Assembly: GCA_012295275.1 (NCBI GenBank)
Contig: CM022669.1
Span: forward strand, 8,742,001-8,806,000
Origin: Chrysomallon squamiferum
Lineage: Eukaryota; Animalia; Mollusca
Direction: 5' to 3'
DNA length: 64,000 bases
The position numbers and the translations under genes are program-made. Each line of letters opens with the position of its first letter. The first letter of the stretch is position 1. This document shows, piece by piece, positions 1-14,000 of this stretch. The notes beneath the pieces are model-generated. The model was not told where the DNA came from. It ran no database searches and saw nothing but the letters and a program-made list of their open reading frames with translations.

Positions 1-158
1 ATATCACTTATTTACTGTAAATATTTGTTGATCACATTATAAAAAAATAATGTAAACAATTTGTTTGTCTTTTTTCAACATAATTAAATTATATTTTCAA
101 GAGTAAAGTTTCTCTTTTTCCGTTTACAACTACAACTACATCATGTTTATTTTTCTAG

Positions 159-2251
159 GTGTTGGATTTCGCATTGGTTCAGCTTCTGACATTCAAACAT
201 TGGTTTTACAAGTTCATTATGCACGACCATTTGAAAGTAAGTCAGTTATTTAATCTTTCTTTTTTGTTTTTAACTCAGAAAAGAACTTGTCATTCGTAAA
301 CTTAATCCTGTTAACTGTTTTATCATTTGTACTGTTTAAACATTGCTCTTTTACTGCTGCAGAAATGTTAAAACAAAATGTAATTATGATTGATAGTAAA
401 GTAATTATGATTAGGTAGTAACTGACTGGTAGACAGACAGTAAAAATATAGTTAGAAAGCTTAAACTGACAGACATGTATGCAGATGGATATCTGTGTTT
501 GTAACTGAGATCATCATAGATGTCTCTGTGAGTTTGTTTATTTAAAAACATGTTTTGAGTATGTTTTCCTGTTTTCTTAACAGCCGAATATCAATATGAA
601 ATATATTTTTTTATTATTTCAGAAACATCACCCAAAGATCATTCAGGTATTAAGATCTACCTTACAGAAGAAAAGTGAGTCAAATTTATTTATTTATTTA
701 TTTATTTATATTTAAATAGTTAAAAAAACAATTTTCTGTATTCTGTTGAAGTAGTGCTTGCATCAATAAACAAGTTTCTCAGTATAAATAATTGTGAAGT
801 CTGTTAACAAACATCAGTTAAACAACACTGAATTAACAATTAAAATAATACCTTTCTGATAAGTAATAACATGGTTTGTTTATAACTAATTATACATACA
901 TTCTGATTTTGCTTTTTGTGTTTTTCCAGACAGCAGTATGTGGCAGGAATTTTCCTGTTACTTGCCTACCAAGTGACGATTCCTCCCAACACACCAAGTA
1001 AGTAACACACTTTCATTATTACATGTCACTGTTTCTTTTTCTGCATATCGGTTGTCATTAATAAAAATCACAAAAAAAATAAATTACCTAATTCACTTTA
1101 TGTACTCATAACTAGTTTTTCTAAAACGCTAATTATATATATATTTTTTCATATAATAGTTATTTCTAAATAATAACATTACTGACCATAAAATAATTCA
1201 ATTTACGTAAGATCTTAACCAGATATTTCATTCTATTTTGTTTTGTTTTGTTGCTGCTTCTGTTGCTATTTTTATTTGTTCTGTTGGATGTTGAAAAGAA
1301 ATATACGGTGCATATGTTTCAATATTTCAGTGGTACATGCAGACATAAGCTGTGTTTACCATGGAGAGAAAGCAATCTATCCATTTGCCTACAGAACACA
1401 TGCTCATGGACTAGGTATGTTATATTAATATCTGATATGAGAAATGTGACTGTTCTTTATAGAAAGCTACAAATCACTGTTTACTAGTTAGCTGTTTTAA
1501 TAGTTTTTGTCAGAGCTGCTTTCAGTTTCCATGAATATATAATTAAAGAATTTAATCTGAAATATGAGAAATATATTTATGGTTTATCTAAATCAAATTT
1601 TGTCAGGTAAAAAGAAATTAAAGTGTTTGTTTTAGGTCGAGTGATCACAGGATATCAGTATAACAACAGCTGGCATGAAATAGGGAAAGGAAATCCTCAG
1701 TGGCCACAGGTAAATTATTAATCCTTTTAATTTGGATTTTTCTGATAATGTTTTGATATGAAACAGTTTAAAGTGACAAACATTAGCTATATGTATATAC
1801 TTATTCAGTCTGAATTTGTTGAAACAATATTACATGCAACTGCTGTGGTATTTGTATTATATTTTATTAATAAGATATTTATACTTTTAGGCTTTCTACC
1901 CAGTTCATGACAAGATAGCTGTGCAACCTGGAGATACACTGGTTTGTGATGTTCTTTCTAAACTAAAACAGAATATATTTTTTTAATAATATAAATATGT
2001 TTGTTACATGCTGATGATTATGAAATGTATGTTACTGTTTAACCCCAGATAATTAAACCATCATGAAAGTAGACATTACTCTCATACTGGACTGATGAAA
2101 AGTCTTCAGATTTTGTCATAACTCCATATACTAAAACATTTCTTACTTTCATATATTTTATTTATTTTTTATTATTATTATAAAAACAAAAATTTCTATT
2201 CCTTTTTTTTTTTTTTTTTTTTTCTTTTTGTTAATGTATTGTTTATGTGAC

Positions 2252-2293
<42 letters not shown>

Positions 2294-5200
2294 GTTATTG
2301 TTATTGTTATTATTACTGTTATTATATAATTTGTATTTAATGTTTTTGAAAATTTAAAGTGACTTTATTATTTTTGTTATTGTTTTTATTATTTGAATAC
2401 TGTATTTGATAATTAAAAACTAAATAAACGATAGCACTGACTGGTGTGTTAGTTGCATGTTTTTTGACAACGCTGTTGTAGTTTAGATTGCTGGTGCTAG
2501 ATTCTTAAAAATTTAAATTATAATTTCAGGTTGCTCGATGTTCTTTCAATTCAACAGGAAGAAATCGTTACACTTACATTGGGTAGGTTTACAGATTGAT
2601 ATAAAAGTATCATTTCTAAAATAAATATTATCTAATTACAAAACACACACACACACACACACACATAAAATGCAAAAATATATATCTTTTCTTTTTCTGT
2701 TTTAATAAATCTCCTGCATGTTTTTTTTTTTCAAGTCAAACTGGTAATGATGAGATGTGTAATTTCTACATCATGGCGTACACAGAGGCAAGCGTGAAAA
2801 ATCCATACGGATTCTGTGGAGGAAACCAACAGGCTGAGCTTGTCAAACACATACCAGCTGACTCGGATGTCCCCCTCCCGCCAAACCCCCTTCTGGAGGA
2901 GGAGGCTAAAGGTCATCACCACGGAGGACACATGCCTGTTACCGCAGGTAATAAATATATGAGTTCTAGAAAGGTGGATAGTGAAAAAGAAGAATTTGAT
3001 TATTTTTATCCACAGTATGAAAATCATCTTCAGAAAAGGTACAATTCTGATTATTATGAAGACCGCGAGGGAGAGGATAACTCTAATGGAAACAAGTCTG
3101 ATTTTGTTCCTGATACTTCGTACACAGACAGTGTAGAACGTGGTCGTAACAGGAACAGGAACAACATGTTCAGAGAGGATGTGGGTGGGGATGAGGGTGG
3201 GGTTGAGGGTGGGGATGAGGGTGATGTTACTTCTAGTGATGACAGTGACTCCACAGGAAAGAACCGAAACCGAAACAAAGCATTTCAGGCTATGAATGAA
3301 CAGCTGAAACACGGGAAACTTCTGTCAACAACGTCTGTTTCTCCACCTGAAAATGTTGTCATGACAACTGCCAGACCAGCAACAGCAACTACGACACCAC
3401 TGAACAATGGGAATGACACAGCTGTCAGTGAGTGGAGAATGCAGCATGGTTGTAGTTCAGTGTTGTTCACATCACAGTAGTTTGGTGTGTAGCATGTGCT
3501 AACTAGTTCTTTTTATTGTCATTTGTTTGTGTTGTTTGTTTTTTCAGCAGTAGTATTGCGTACTTCAGTATTATTGTTACACTGTGTTTGTTATTCAGTC
3601 ATTAGAGAGATATTTTGTATACATTGGTCTTGTTTATATAGCTGTAGTATTGTTTGCATCAGTAATGTTGTTACCATGTAGTTACACTGTGTTAGTTATC
3701 CAGTCATTTCAGAGATATTGTATACATCAGTAATGTTGTTATGATTTTGTTACATGTGTTAGTTATTTTATTATTTAGCACATAAATATTGTATATGTCA
3801 CTACTGTTGTAATGATTTAGTTACATGTGTTAATTATTCTATTATTTAGCACATAAATATTGTATATGTCACTACTATTGTTATGATTTAGTTATCTAGT
3901 TATTTATTCAGTATTGTATATGTCACTACTATTATGATTTAGTTACGCTGTTTGTTATCAATTATCAAACATATTAGTAATGTTATGAGTCACTAACAAG
4001 TTTGCTGCATGCACAAATTGGTAACATTCATTTTATTTTTAGCATCAATTTGATATTGTGATTATTTAACAATAGTATTGTCACTGTATTGGAGAATGTG
4101 TTATTATTTATACATGAACTGACATATGATGGAGTTTCAATGTTAACCAAACAAGTAATTCACATAGTATGTTAATACTGAACAAAAATATTGTATCTAA
4201 AGAATGTTACTCAGACTAGCAGTTTGAGTTTGTCAGTTAAAACAAAACTGTAGTTCAAAGTAAACAGTTTAGGGGGGATTTTTCTCTTCATTTTTCTTCT
4301 TCGTAGTTAAATTAGATAGATTTCTGAAATATAATAATTATTTAATTTTATACACAGACTAAGTAAAAATTGGCAGATACTAAAATTCAGTTTAGTAATT
4401 TTAATTTTTATTGTTAATTTTCACGAGGTACCTTTGTTTATCTGTCCACAGGTAGATCTAAACTTCATCTGACATTCGACTCAAACTGGCCTCAGACCTC
4501 TGTCAGTATTGGCCAGGTGGGAGGGCTGGCCACGGACACAGACGGGAAAGTTTACATCTTTCATCGAGGCTCCAGAATATGGGATGCAAAGTATGTATCT
4601 GTCATTATCTCTCTAACAACAAACTGATAACACCAGGGTTTTTTTAACTATTACACCACTGTCAGAAAATTTAGCTATAACTGTTGAATTTATTGTTTGT
4701 AGCAGAATATTTTCAGATATTTTCACAGACCAAAGGAGTCAGTGGGTATTTATTCACTCTGGAGTTGAGCTGACAATATGAAATTTATTTTTTTATCATT
4801 TTTCTTTTCAGTTCATTTAATGTGCTTAATCAATTTCAACTTCCTAATGCCATCCCAGAGAAAACCATTGTCATTTTTGATAAGAATGGAAAAATGATAA
4901 GAAGTTTTGGAAGTAATGAGTAAGTATCAGAATGTGACTGAATTCTCTTTTTTGATTATATTTAGTAAGAAGTTCAGGTCATCATTACAGAGTAATATAA
5001 ATACACATATTTTAGTCTGTCTGTGTGCATGTGTTTGTTTTCAGTGTAATGTGAATTTATATACAGCTTTGAAGGTAAATGAAAGATTCTGTATTTTATT
5101 TATTTATTTTCGCAGGTATTTCATGCCACATGGTTTGGAGGTAGATCAAAATGGAAACATGTGGTTGACTGATGTTGCACTTCACCAGGTAAACTCAGTC

Positions 5201-6179
5201 ACTGTTTTAATATCTCTGTTTTTACACCTACATCGTGCTGATTATACAGATGACTCAAATATTGTGTTCAGAATTAAAGTATTTTGAGTTTTGAAATTAT
5301 TAAAAAAAACCTAAAATACTTTACAATGACACAAATATTGTGTTCAGAATTAAATTATTTTGAGTTTTGAAGTTACTAAGAAAACTAAAATATTTTACAA
5401 TGACTGAAATACCTTGTTCAGAATAAATTATTTTGAGTTTTGAAATGATTAAAAAAAACTAAAATATTTTTACATTAATTGAAATACTGTGTTCAGAATT
5501 AAAGTAAACAGAGTTTTGAAAAGATTAAAACAAACTAAGATATTAAAATAATTTCTCAGTTATTTTTGATAATGAAATCAGTGTTGTGTGAAGTGAAATG
5601 TAACTTGATGTTATAAATGTCTGGTCTCAGGTGATAAGAATTCCAGCTGGAGGAACAAAACCTGATCTTGTGTTGGGAGAGCGTTTCATACCTGGCTCAG
5701 ACAACAAACATTTCTGTCAACCAACTGACGTCGGTGTTCTTTCAACTGGCGAATTCTTTGTGTCTGATGGGTGAGTATTTATCTTGCTGTTCCCTTACAA
5801 AAACTTAACATTATCTCTTGTATTATGTATGTAATACATCACAGATGTTATTATTTAGTTATTGTGTTTGTTTTCTGGTTATACACACCAGTGATGTTAA
5901 TATTTAGTTATAGTGTTTGTTTTCTAGTTATCAAACACATCAGTAATGTTATTATTTAGTTGCAGTGTTTGGCATTTACATTATTAAAGACACTGCAGTT
6001 TTCACTTAAAAGAAGTGCAAGTGTTTTATTATTTATTTGTATAGGTACTGCAACAGCAGAATTATAAAGTATTCAAAGGATGGAAAATTTATTAAGCAGT
6101 GGGGACGAAGCAGTTACCAAGGTATTTAAAAATCCTTCTTGTTTGTTTATTTGTTAATTATTAATTTATTACTATCTTT

Positions 6180-6214
<35 letters not shown>

Positions 6215-8167
6215 TACACCAGTCTTTTTACCAAATATATGCATTTTAACTTTTTGTTTGGGGGTTGGTTTGTTGTTGGTTTTTTTTCATGTTTGGTTGG
6301 TTGGTTGGTGGTTTTGTTTTTTCCTAAATGTTTTATTATTGCATTTTTATTTTTATTTTTGTTTTATTGCTTTCTAGTTCCACCTGCTCCAGGAACATTC
6401 ATTATTCCCCACAGTCTCACAATAGCGGACGAGTTTGGCCTGGTCTGTGTGGCTGACAGAGAAAATGGCAGAGTTCAGTGTTTTGACTTCAATGGAAACT
6501 TCAGAAATGCCATAAAAGTGAAGGAATTTGGTGATAGGCTTTTTGCCATTGAATACTGCCCACTTGCAGGTTAGTAAACTGTAACTTTTATACTTTACAT
6601 AAATTCATACTTCAACTGCTTTACTTAGCTGACATCCATTGACTATGTAATCTGATATTTTTTTATTACTGAAACTGAAATCCATTGACTGATAAGCAGA
6701 TAAGCTCTGCACTGATTTAGTCTGCTGTACTCAGGTATTATTTAATTAATGCGTGAGTTAGCTCTCACTGATGTTGGATATGCTCTTTTCTTCATACAGT
6801 TTGGTTATGTGTCTTGATAATAATTTTGCCACAGTTGATGGATTCCAGAGAGTGTGATTATTTGTGAGTAATTGTGTACTTCTCTGTGTTTTCTCAGGAG
6901 GTTTGCTCTTTGCTGTCAATGGACCCTTGCTGGATGGATCTCCTGTAAACGTCTCAGGTTTCACTCTCAATTTCACAACCGGCCACATCATTGAAATGTG
7001 GGCTCCACCTCTTGTACGTACAACATTTAATTATAGCAGTGTTCTAGAACTCTCACTTACTTGTCATACCTTTTTTTCTTGAAGATATTATATTTATGAA
7101 ATGTTTTTATATGTCAAATAGTAAAAATTTGTGATGTCTTCCTGTATTAAATTATTTTGAGTTTTCTCTAAAATATATTTTACATTTCTGCAGGGCTTGT
7201 CAAACCCACATGATATATGTGTAGACCATGTGCACCATGCAGTCTATGTCGGAGAACTTCAACCCACTAAAGTGTGGAGAATGCAGATGTTGGCCAGTAA
7301 GTCTCATGATTTTTTTTTTGTTAATACATTCTCACCCATTCTTGCTTTATTGATCATAACCCTCTTATTAACAGACATGACTTTTGGGTTTATATATAAA
7401 ATAGTATATATTTTGATACAGATATAGTTTTATTTATTTAATATGAATTATAAAATGTTTTGTAAATGAAGATAAATTATAGTTTTTTTTATATAAATTA
7501 CAAAGTGATGTATTTTAAATATAAATTAAAAAGTGATGTATTTTAAATATAATTTAAAAAGTGATGTATTTTAAATATAAATTAAACAGTGATATATTTT
7601 AAATATAAATTACACAGTGATGTATGTTAAATATAAATTTTAAAGTGTTTTTAATGTTGTTTTCAGTGTTGAAAGAAACAAGTCACACAGTTAGAACAAC
7701 ATCTATTCTGAAGGAAATTAAAACAACAAGTTTTACTCCATCAATGATCATTGGACTTCTACTTGTCATACCAGTTGTTGTCCTTCTTGTTGTCATGGTT
7801 ACTGTCAAGTTATATCATTCAGGTACTGGTAACTTTTCAGTTTTTATTAAAGTTTTACAGCAGGGGTTTTTTTGGGTGGTGGTTTTAGTTTTTGTTTTTT
7901 TATAACAGATTTTATTGGTTTGTGATTATGTGTTTTTCTTTTGTTCTTTTTTTTAATTATAAAATTGGTATATTTTTGTTATTTACAGGTAAGCTCAAAT
8001 GTTTTTCTGGTGGCAGACATTCTAAAGTTTTCAGTCTACAGAACATCTTGCCTCACTCTCACAAAGGTTTTGACCCACTCAGTACAGAGGAGAGTGACCA
8101 CGAGGCTGACCCTCTGGATGGCTCTGACCAGGATGAATACACAGCTCCTCTAAAACATAAAGCCTAA
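159..8167 (+). CDS. PAM: Peptidylglycine alpha-amidating monooxygenase (bifunctional PHM + PAL, type I membrane protein), 5'-partial
   Basis: Phase-consistent exons: 159-236, 623-674, 930-997, 1331-1414, 1636-1709, 1891-1941, 2530-2582, 2736-3427, 4452-4590, 4812-4919, 5116-5188, 5631-5770, 6045-6121, 6378-6569, 6898-7013, 7194-7296, 7667-7822, 7989-8167. PHM motifs GVGFRIG..VLQVHY, FAYRTHAHGLG (CuM His-x-His), NDEMCNFYIM (CuM Met); PAL motifs FHRG, MPHGL..TDVALHQV, FCQPTDV, DGYCNSR, PHSL..ADRENGR, NPHD; TM helix IIGLLLVIPVVVLLVVMVTV; cytosolic KGFDPLSTEESDHE resembling vertebrate KGFDRLSTEGSDQE. Confidence 0.96.
2948..3427 (+). other. PAM: Optional PHM-PAL linker segment between two phase-1 5' splice sites
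   Basis: Donors GCAG|gtaata at 2947/2948 and GTCA|gtgagt at 3427/3428, 480 nt apart, both in frame with the exon starting at 4452. Confidence 0.65.
3690..3990. repeat. Degenerate intronic minisatellite (~69 bp unit)
   Basis: Recurring atattgtatatgtcactact..atgatttagttac units. Confidence 0.7.
5250..5545. repeat. Intronic minisatellite (~75-77 bp unit, ~4 copies)
   Basis: Recurring aaatattgtgttcagaattaaa..ttttgagttttgaa. Confidence 0.8.
7490..7648. repeat. Intronic minisatellite (~29 bp unit)
   Basis: Recurring aaagtgatgtattttaaatataaatt, ending just before the acceptor at 7666. Confidence 0.8.
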
Positions 8168-8179
8168 CACTAATTTCCC

Positions 8180-8302
8180 GGGTTGGAACAGGAAAAACAT
8201 TGTCTGGTGTTGGAACGTGAAAAATAATTATCAGGTGTTGGATCTTGACAAAAATTATCAGGTGTTGGATCTTGACAAAAATTATCTGGTGTTGGAACTG
8301 GA
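8180..8302. repeat. Tandem repeat (~28 bp unit) at start of PAM 3' UTR
   Basis: ggtgttggatcttgacaaaaattatca and variants, 4-5 copies. Confidence 0.75.
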
Positions 8303-11033
8303 AAAGGAACAACAAAAAAAAAATATAATTTAAAAAAGACCCCTGTCATGTTGACAATATTTTTCTCAAGTAAAGTTTACAAATAGTGACTGTTTCTGTA
8401 GTTTAGTTATTTCAATTGTCAGTGTAGTAATATAAAAAAGAAATATTAAGTCTGTAATTTCACCTAGAACAGATTATTATTTTTTTTTTAAAATTAAAAT
8501 TAGTTTTTATATATCAAGCTTGGTATTTTTATAAAACTGTTTACATATTTAGATATTTTTATTAGCTCCCACCTAAATCAAAGACCAAAACATCAAATTA
8601 AATTTTTATTTATTTATATTTTTATTTATTTTTTATTATTCACAATGGAAAAGCTTTAAAAAAAAGATATTTGTTGCAACTTTTTGCATATAAGAAACTA
8701 AAACTTTATTTTTGTTACAGTATAGAGCTATAAACAGCAGTAATTAAATTTTAAAAATAATATATTGCAATCAGATAAAAAAAAAAAAAAAAAAAAAAAA
8801 TGTTAACATTTACTTATTGGATGTTTGATGCGACCTGCAGTAGATAGCAGGCAAAAAACATATTTAGCTAAATGTGTATGAAACCACACTTGATATAGCT
8901 AAATGTTTTTGTGTACAGTTATGTTTGGTTTACTGATTACAACTGTCACTCTGATCACAGGGTAAAATAGTTTTGCTACAAATCTCTCTAATATAAACAT
9001 TGTATTCAAAGCATAGTGTTTAATACTCTTTTTTTAAACAGTAATGTAACTGAAATTGAATTTTTCTTTAGAAGTCACAATATTTGGTCATTTTTGGGAG
9101 TAATTTATTTATTTTTCTTTACTTTTTCTTTTATTTATTTATTTATAGTATACCATTTGACTATTAATGTAATGTTTAGTGTGTGATTTGATTTGTTACC
9201 AGTGATTATTGTTAATGTGCCATTTAGTGAGCTTATTATTCTAAAAAGTTTATCTAGCTAGAGTAGCACATAGAACATAGGCATGATAAATAAAAACATT
9301 TTATAATAATTTTATGTATAAACAGAGTTTTGCTTAAAATCAGGCGAAAGATGTTAATTGTGTTAGAGATAAGAATCAACACTTATGTGATAAATACAGT
9401 TGAAATTTCACAGTTGTTAATTCCACGTAATTTATATCATTTGGTTTAAATGTTGTAGTTTTAAACTTTGAGATCATAACAGATCTACACAATTCACTAC
9501 AACAGTTAATTGTTACTTTCTCAAGCAGTTTTTTGTTCTCTTTATTTATTTACTTTTTACATATCCTTTTTTATTTTTATTTTTTTCATTGCCAGGAATG
9601 CATTTTGAAGAGCAAAAAAAAAAAAAAAAAAAAAAAAATGTATGTTAAATACATTTAGCATATCATTTTTATACAGTTTGTTTTCTGTTTATACTGTTTT
9701 ATATTGTTTTTAAACAATCAATCTCGGACTTGATCTCAAGTTTTAAGTGTTTAACTAATGAGTGACAGTTTGTGTTAACTTGTTTAGCAATGACGTGTTT
9801 GTACATTTTATAACGAGGTACAGGTTTACAACATGTAATAATTATGTATTTTGTCTGAATTGTTTGTTCTGTTACATTTTCAAGAGTTTAGGGCAAGATA
9901 TTTGTATTGGCTTGTGAAATATTTGATTTCATTTAGTAATTTATTTATTTATTTATTGTTTGGCTGTATTTTAAGCTTTGTTACTTTGTGTAGAACATTA
10001 ACTATTGTGGTATTGGTGTGAGTATTGTTACTATATTCCTAATGTAATCTTATGACATTTTGTTGAGCAGACAGTGATTTGTTTTATTAGTAAATGTGTT
10101 TTTGTGTTTGTTTTCTCAGTAACAGGTGACAGGGTTCTCTCACTAGCATGTACATAATTGTGTGAATGTTGTTTTGACAATGTGAAAAAAACAACATAAT
10201 AGCCATACTATAAATATTTTAAATTAAAACTAATTTTAATTAATTCGTATGCTTTAAGTTAAATAAATGTTGTTTTTGTGATGGGTAGTTTTCTCATTAT
10301 GAAGTGTAATGTAATATTTTTAAAATTATGAATTTTAAAATGTAACTAGAAGACATTGTATTGTGATAAAGTTGTTTGAAAATCAATGTTTTACTAATCA
10401 AACAAACTATTTTATTTAAATGTGAATTTTTGTTGTTTGTCACAGTTTCCTTGAAATGAATATAATACTGTAAATACTGTGTTAATGAGTTTTAATATCA
10501 GAATGTGTAAAATGAAATAAACCATTTATGAAGTAGACAGATATGTAATTTAATTTTGGAGATGTTAAAATGTAAACTTCTGAATACTGGTAATATCTTT
10601 GCAGGTTACTGGTCACAAAGGTCGTACGATGTAATTTGAGGTTTTAAAAGTATTTTAATACACTAACATACAGCGGTTTCTTTTTACATGTACTTGTGTT
10701 TCATTTGCTAGTGTTGAAATAATTTTTTAAATAAAATTTTACTTTTATTTTTTTAAACATAATTTTGTTCAAACCCACCATCTGAATTTTAAAAAAAATA
10801 ATAATAATAATAAAAAAAATTATGGTTTATTCTGAAATCTAAAACAGTTTTAAAACAGTAATTTTTATTATTTTTATTTATCAAGGTTTTGTTTTTCTGC
10901 ATGTTTTGGGAAGTAAGTACTAACAAATAATAGCATTTACTATATTCTGTGTTTTGGGGGGGGTGTTTGTTTTTTCAGTAAATTATTATCATTTATAAAA
11001 TTCAACCTCTAGATGTTAACTAAAAAAAAAAAA

Positions 11034-11065
<32 letters not shown>

Positions 11066-14000
11066 TTATACTTTGATTTTAAATATTTAATTCTTATTAT
11101 AATGGCATTTTAAAAAATTTCTTTTGTGTTTTTCCCAAGTTGAAAATATTTTTATAAATAAAAACCATCATTTTGTAGACAAAATTGTCAAAAATGTTTG
11201 CAAAATATAAAAAGTAAACAATTACACTGATGTTGAACTTCTGAAATAATTATCTCCTCAAATTAGGTAATGTTAACAATTAATACTATTCATTTTAACT
11301 CATACTCTACTAACTTTAACATAAAACTAAAAAAAAGAACCAAAAAAAAACACACTACATTATGTCTATTCAGCTACTTAATTTGTACAGAAATATATTT
11401 TCCTAATTAATTTATTTTGTAGTAATTAGTAAAAGCAACCATTAGTATTATATGTAAATTTATTTTAAGCTGTAGTAATTAGAAAACACAAACATTATTT
11501 AGTAGTATATGTAAACATTGTGATGTTTTGTGACCAGCACAGTATCCCGAGTTTTATATTAATTTATGTGTTAAATTTGTACATAAACAGATAAAAAGTG
11601 AATCTTGATAAATTGTCAGAACTCAGGAATAAATAAGACTGATATAGGAATTTGTCTGTTTGATTCTGTAATATAGAACATCCAGTTCTCACGTCATTTA
11701 TTGTATATTTAATGATAAAATATGAGTACTGCAAGCAAATGATCTTTAACAATACAGGTTAGATTATTAATGATACACTTATTAAAAATAATATAATACG
11801 TATTGTATTCAGATGATCACTAGTGACACAGACAGCCGTGTAACTGTTACGACTTTGTAACATTTAACATTTTACTTCTCATTTATTTGTAAAAAGGTTT
11901 CTGGTTTTATAAACAGCATTAAGATTTTATACTCTAGCATTTTTAAAATATTTTTACATGGGCAAAAGAGAAAAATAGCATTAAAATATTAGTAATTTTC
12001 AAAATTGTAAACATAAAATGAAGCTTTTCTGAATTTTTTTCCTTTTTAATGTTATCAGTTTTCAGTCTACGAGTCAGACTGTTTTAAAAATATTTTTAGT
12101 TGCTTAGTAAAAAATAATGTAAAATCATTCTAACAACAAATGATTTCTTTTTCTTTTCCTTTTATTAATTATATGACAGGGAGTGGTGTTTATTTTGGCA
12201 TTCTTTTTCCTTTTATTTTTTATATATATATATAATTTGTGGTTGTTAATAACATGTTATACAAATACAGATTCTTAGCAATATATTTGACAATAATAAG
12301 TATTTGTTAGCTCTGATGTACATATACACATTGTTTTGTATTTATCACAATTATATAATTATATGTACTTGTTCTATAATTTTCTGCTAGTGTAAATTTA
12401 TTGTTTAATTTTGTTCTTAATCTGTTATTATTTTGTTGTTGTTTTTTTTGTTATTTTCTGGTTTATTTTATTTATTTATTTATTGTTGTTTGTTTCATGT
12501 TTGTTTTATTTTGTTGGTTTTTTCAATTTTTTTCATTTGTTTTTCATTTTGTGGAATAGATAAAAGTAAATTTTTTTTTGTTTTATTTTTTTATTTAGGT
12601 ATTTTGGTTTTATTAACTTTTTTATTATTATTATTTTTTTTTTTTTTTATTGTTCTTTTTTTTTTTATGTATCTTTCTTTCTTTTTAGACAGTGTTGCCA
12701 TTGTTAATATAAAGAAAATAAAAACTATAAGTACAATTTTCACATCAAAATTTGAATATGATTTTAAACAACCAGCTATTTAAAACAAATAATACAAAAT
12801 TTACACATAATGTGTTTTGTAAAAGGCTGTGAGTAGTGTGTTTGTCAGCTCAACTAAAATAAATGAAAAATGAAAAATAAACATGTACATAATTATATAT
12901 TGTCCAGAAAAATAAATTAATAAATATTATTTGTTCAGGTTATTTATTATTATTACTATTATTATTGTTTTTGTTCAGTTTTCAACATCACTATGTATGT
13001 GTGTGGCAGCAAAGACTTGACAAAGCAGGTTACAAAATGCCAAAGTGCAGATTTTTTTTGTTTCACAGTTAAACAAGATATCACATGTGATTGTTTACTG
13101 GTAGGTGATGACCCCAGAGCAGTCCACGAGTTACTTTTCAGTTGATCAGTACAACATTATACAAATAATAATGAAACACAGAAAGAAATATTCATTATGC
13201 ATCATGGTGGTCTACTAAATCTCTTAATGCTGGCAGTGAATATGACAGGATATAAAATATTTCAGAATGCATGTTTGTCAATTGATAAATAAATAAATAA
13301 ATATATATATTATACACATACATACATATATATTTATTTATTTTCATTTTTTTTTTTAATACTTTCTCCTTTTAAAATGTTCTTGCCGTGTTTTAACAGA
13401 TGTCTTGCAGAATAATTTAAAATTTCTCAACTCACGTCTATCTCCATCTTTGTATCTTGTTGTTTGAAATAAAAACCAAGTGTGAGGTATGAGTTTATCT
13501 AGTATTTATTTACAAGTTTAATATACAGTGATAAATGAATGGTTCTATAAGCAAAGTATTATGAACAAATAAATTCATTACAAACTTGATATTAGTGGAA
13601 ATTAGTTTTACAATATCAAACTACTGTCAGTAAAACATTTTATTTACATCCGGGTTTAGCTCATGATTTACAACATCATGTTAAAAACAATATGTGTTAG
13701 GAAATAAAAATTTTAAATTTCTTCTTTTACAATCCAATATAGTTCCAAAATTAAATTGTGTGTGTTTATGCATGTGTTATTTTGAGAGTATATGTGTTAA
13801 AATAAACATCAACATTTTAAAAATAAATTTTAAATAAAATAAATAAACAAATAAATAAATAAATGTTTGATCAAGCTTCATTATCGGAACATTATAAATA
13901 GCATAACCTATCATTCAACATGGCTGACAAATAAAATTGTTTTAAAAGTTAGTAAATTTTTAATTCCATGATCAAACAATAGAATAATGTCAATTAGACC

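Noticed and set aside
2731-3470. Minus-strand ORFs of 193, 74 and 61 aa
   Set aside because: Antisense shadows of the large PAM exon.
12433-12783. 116-aa F/L-rich ORF
   Set aside because: Translation of T-rich low-complexity UTR sequence.
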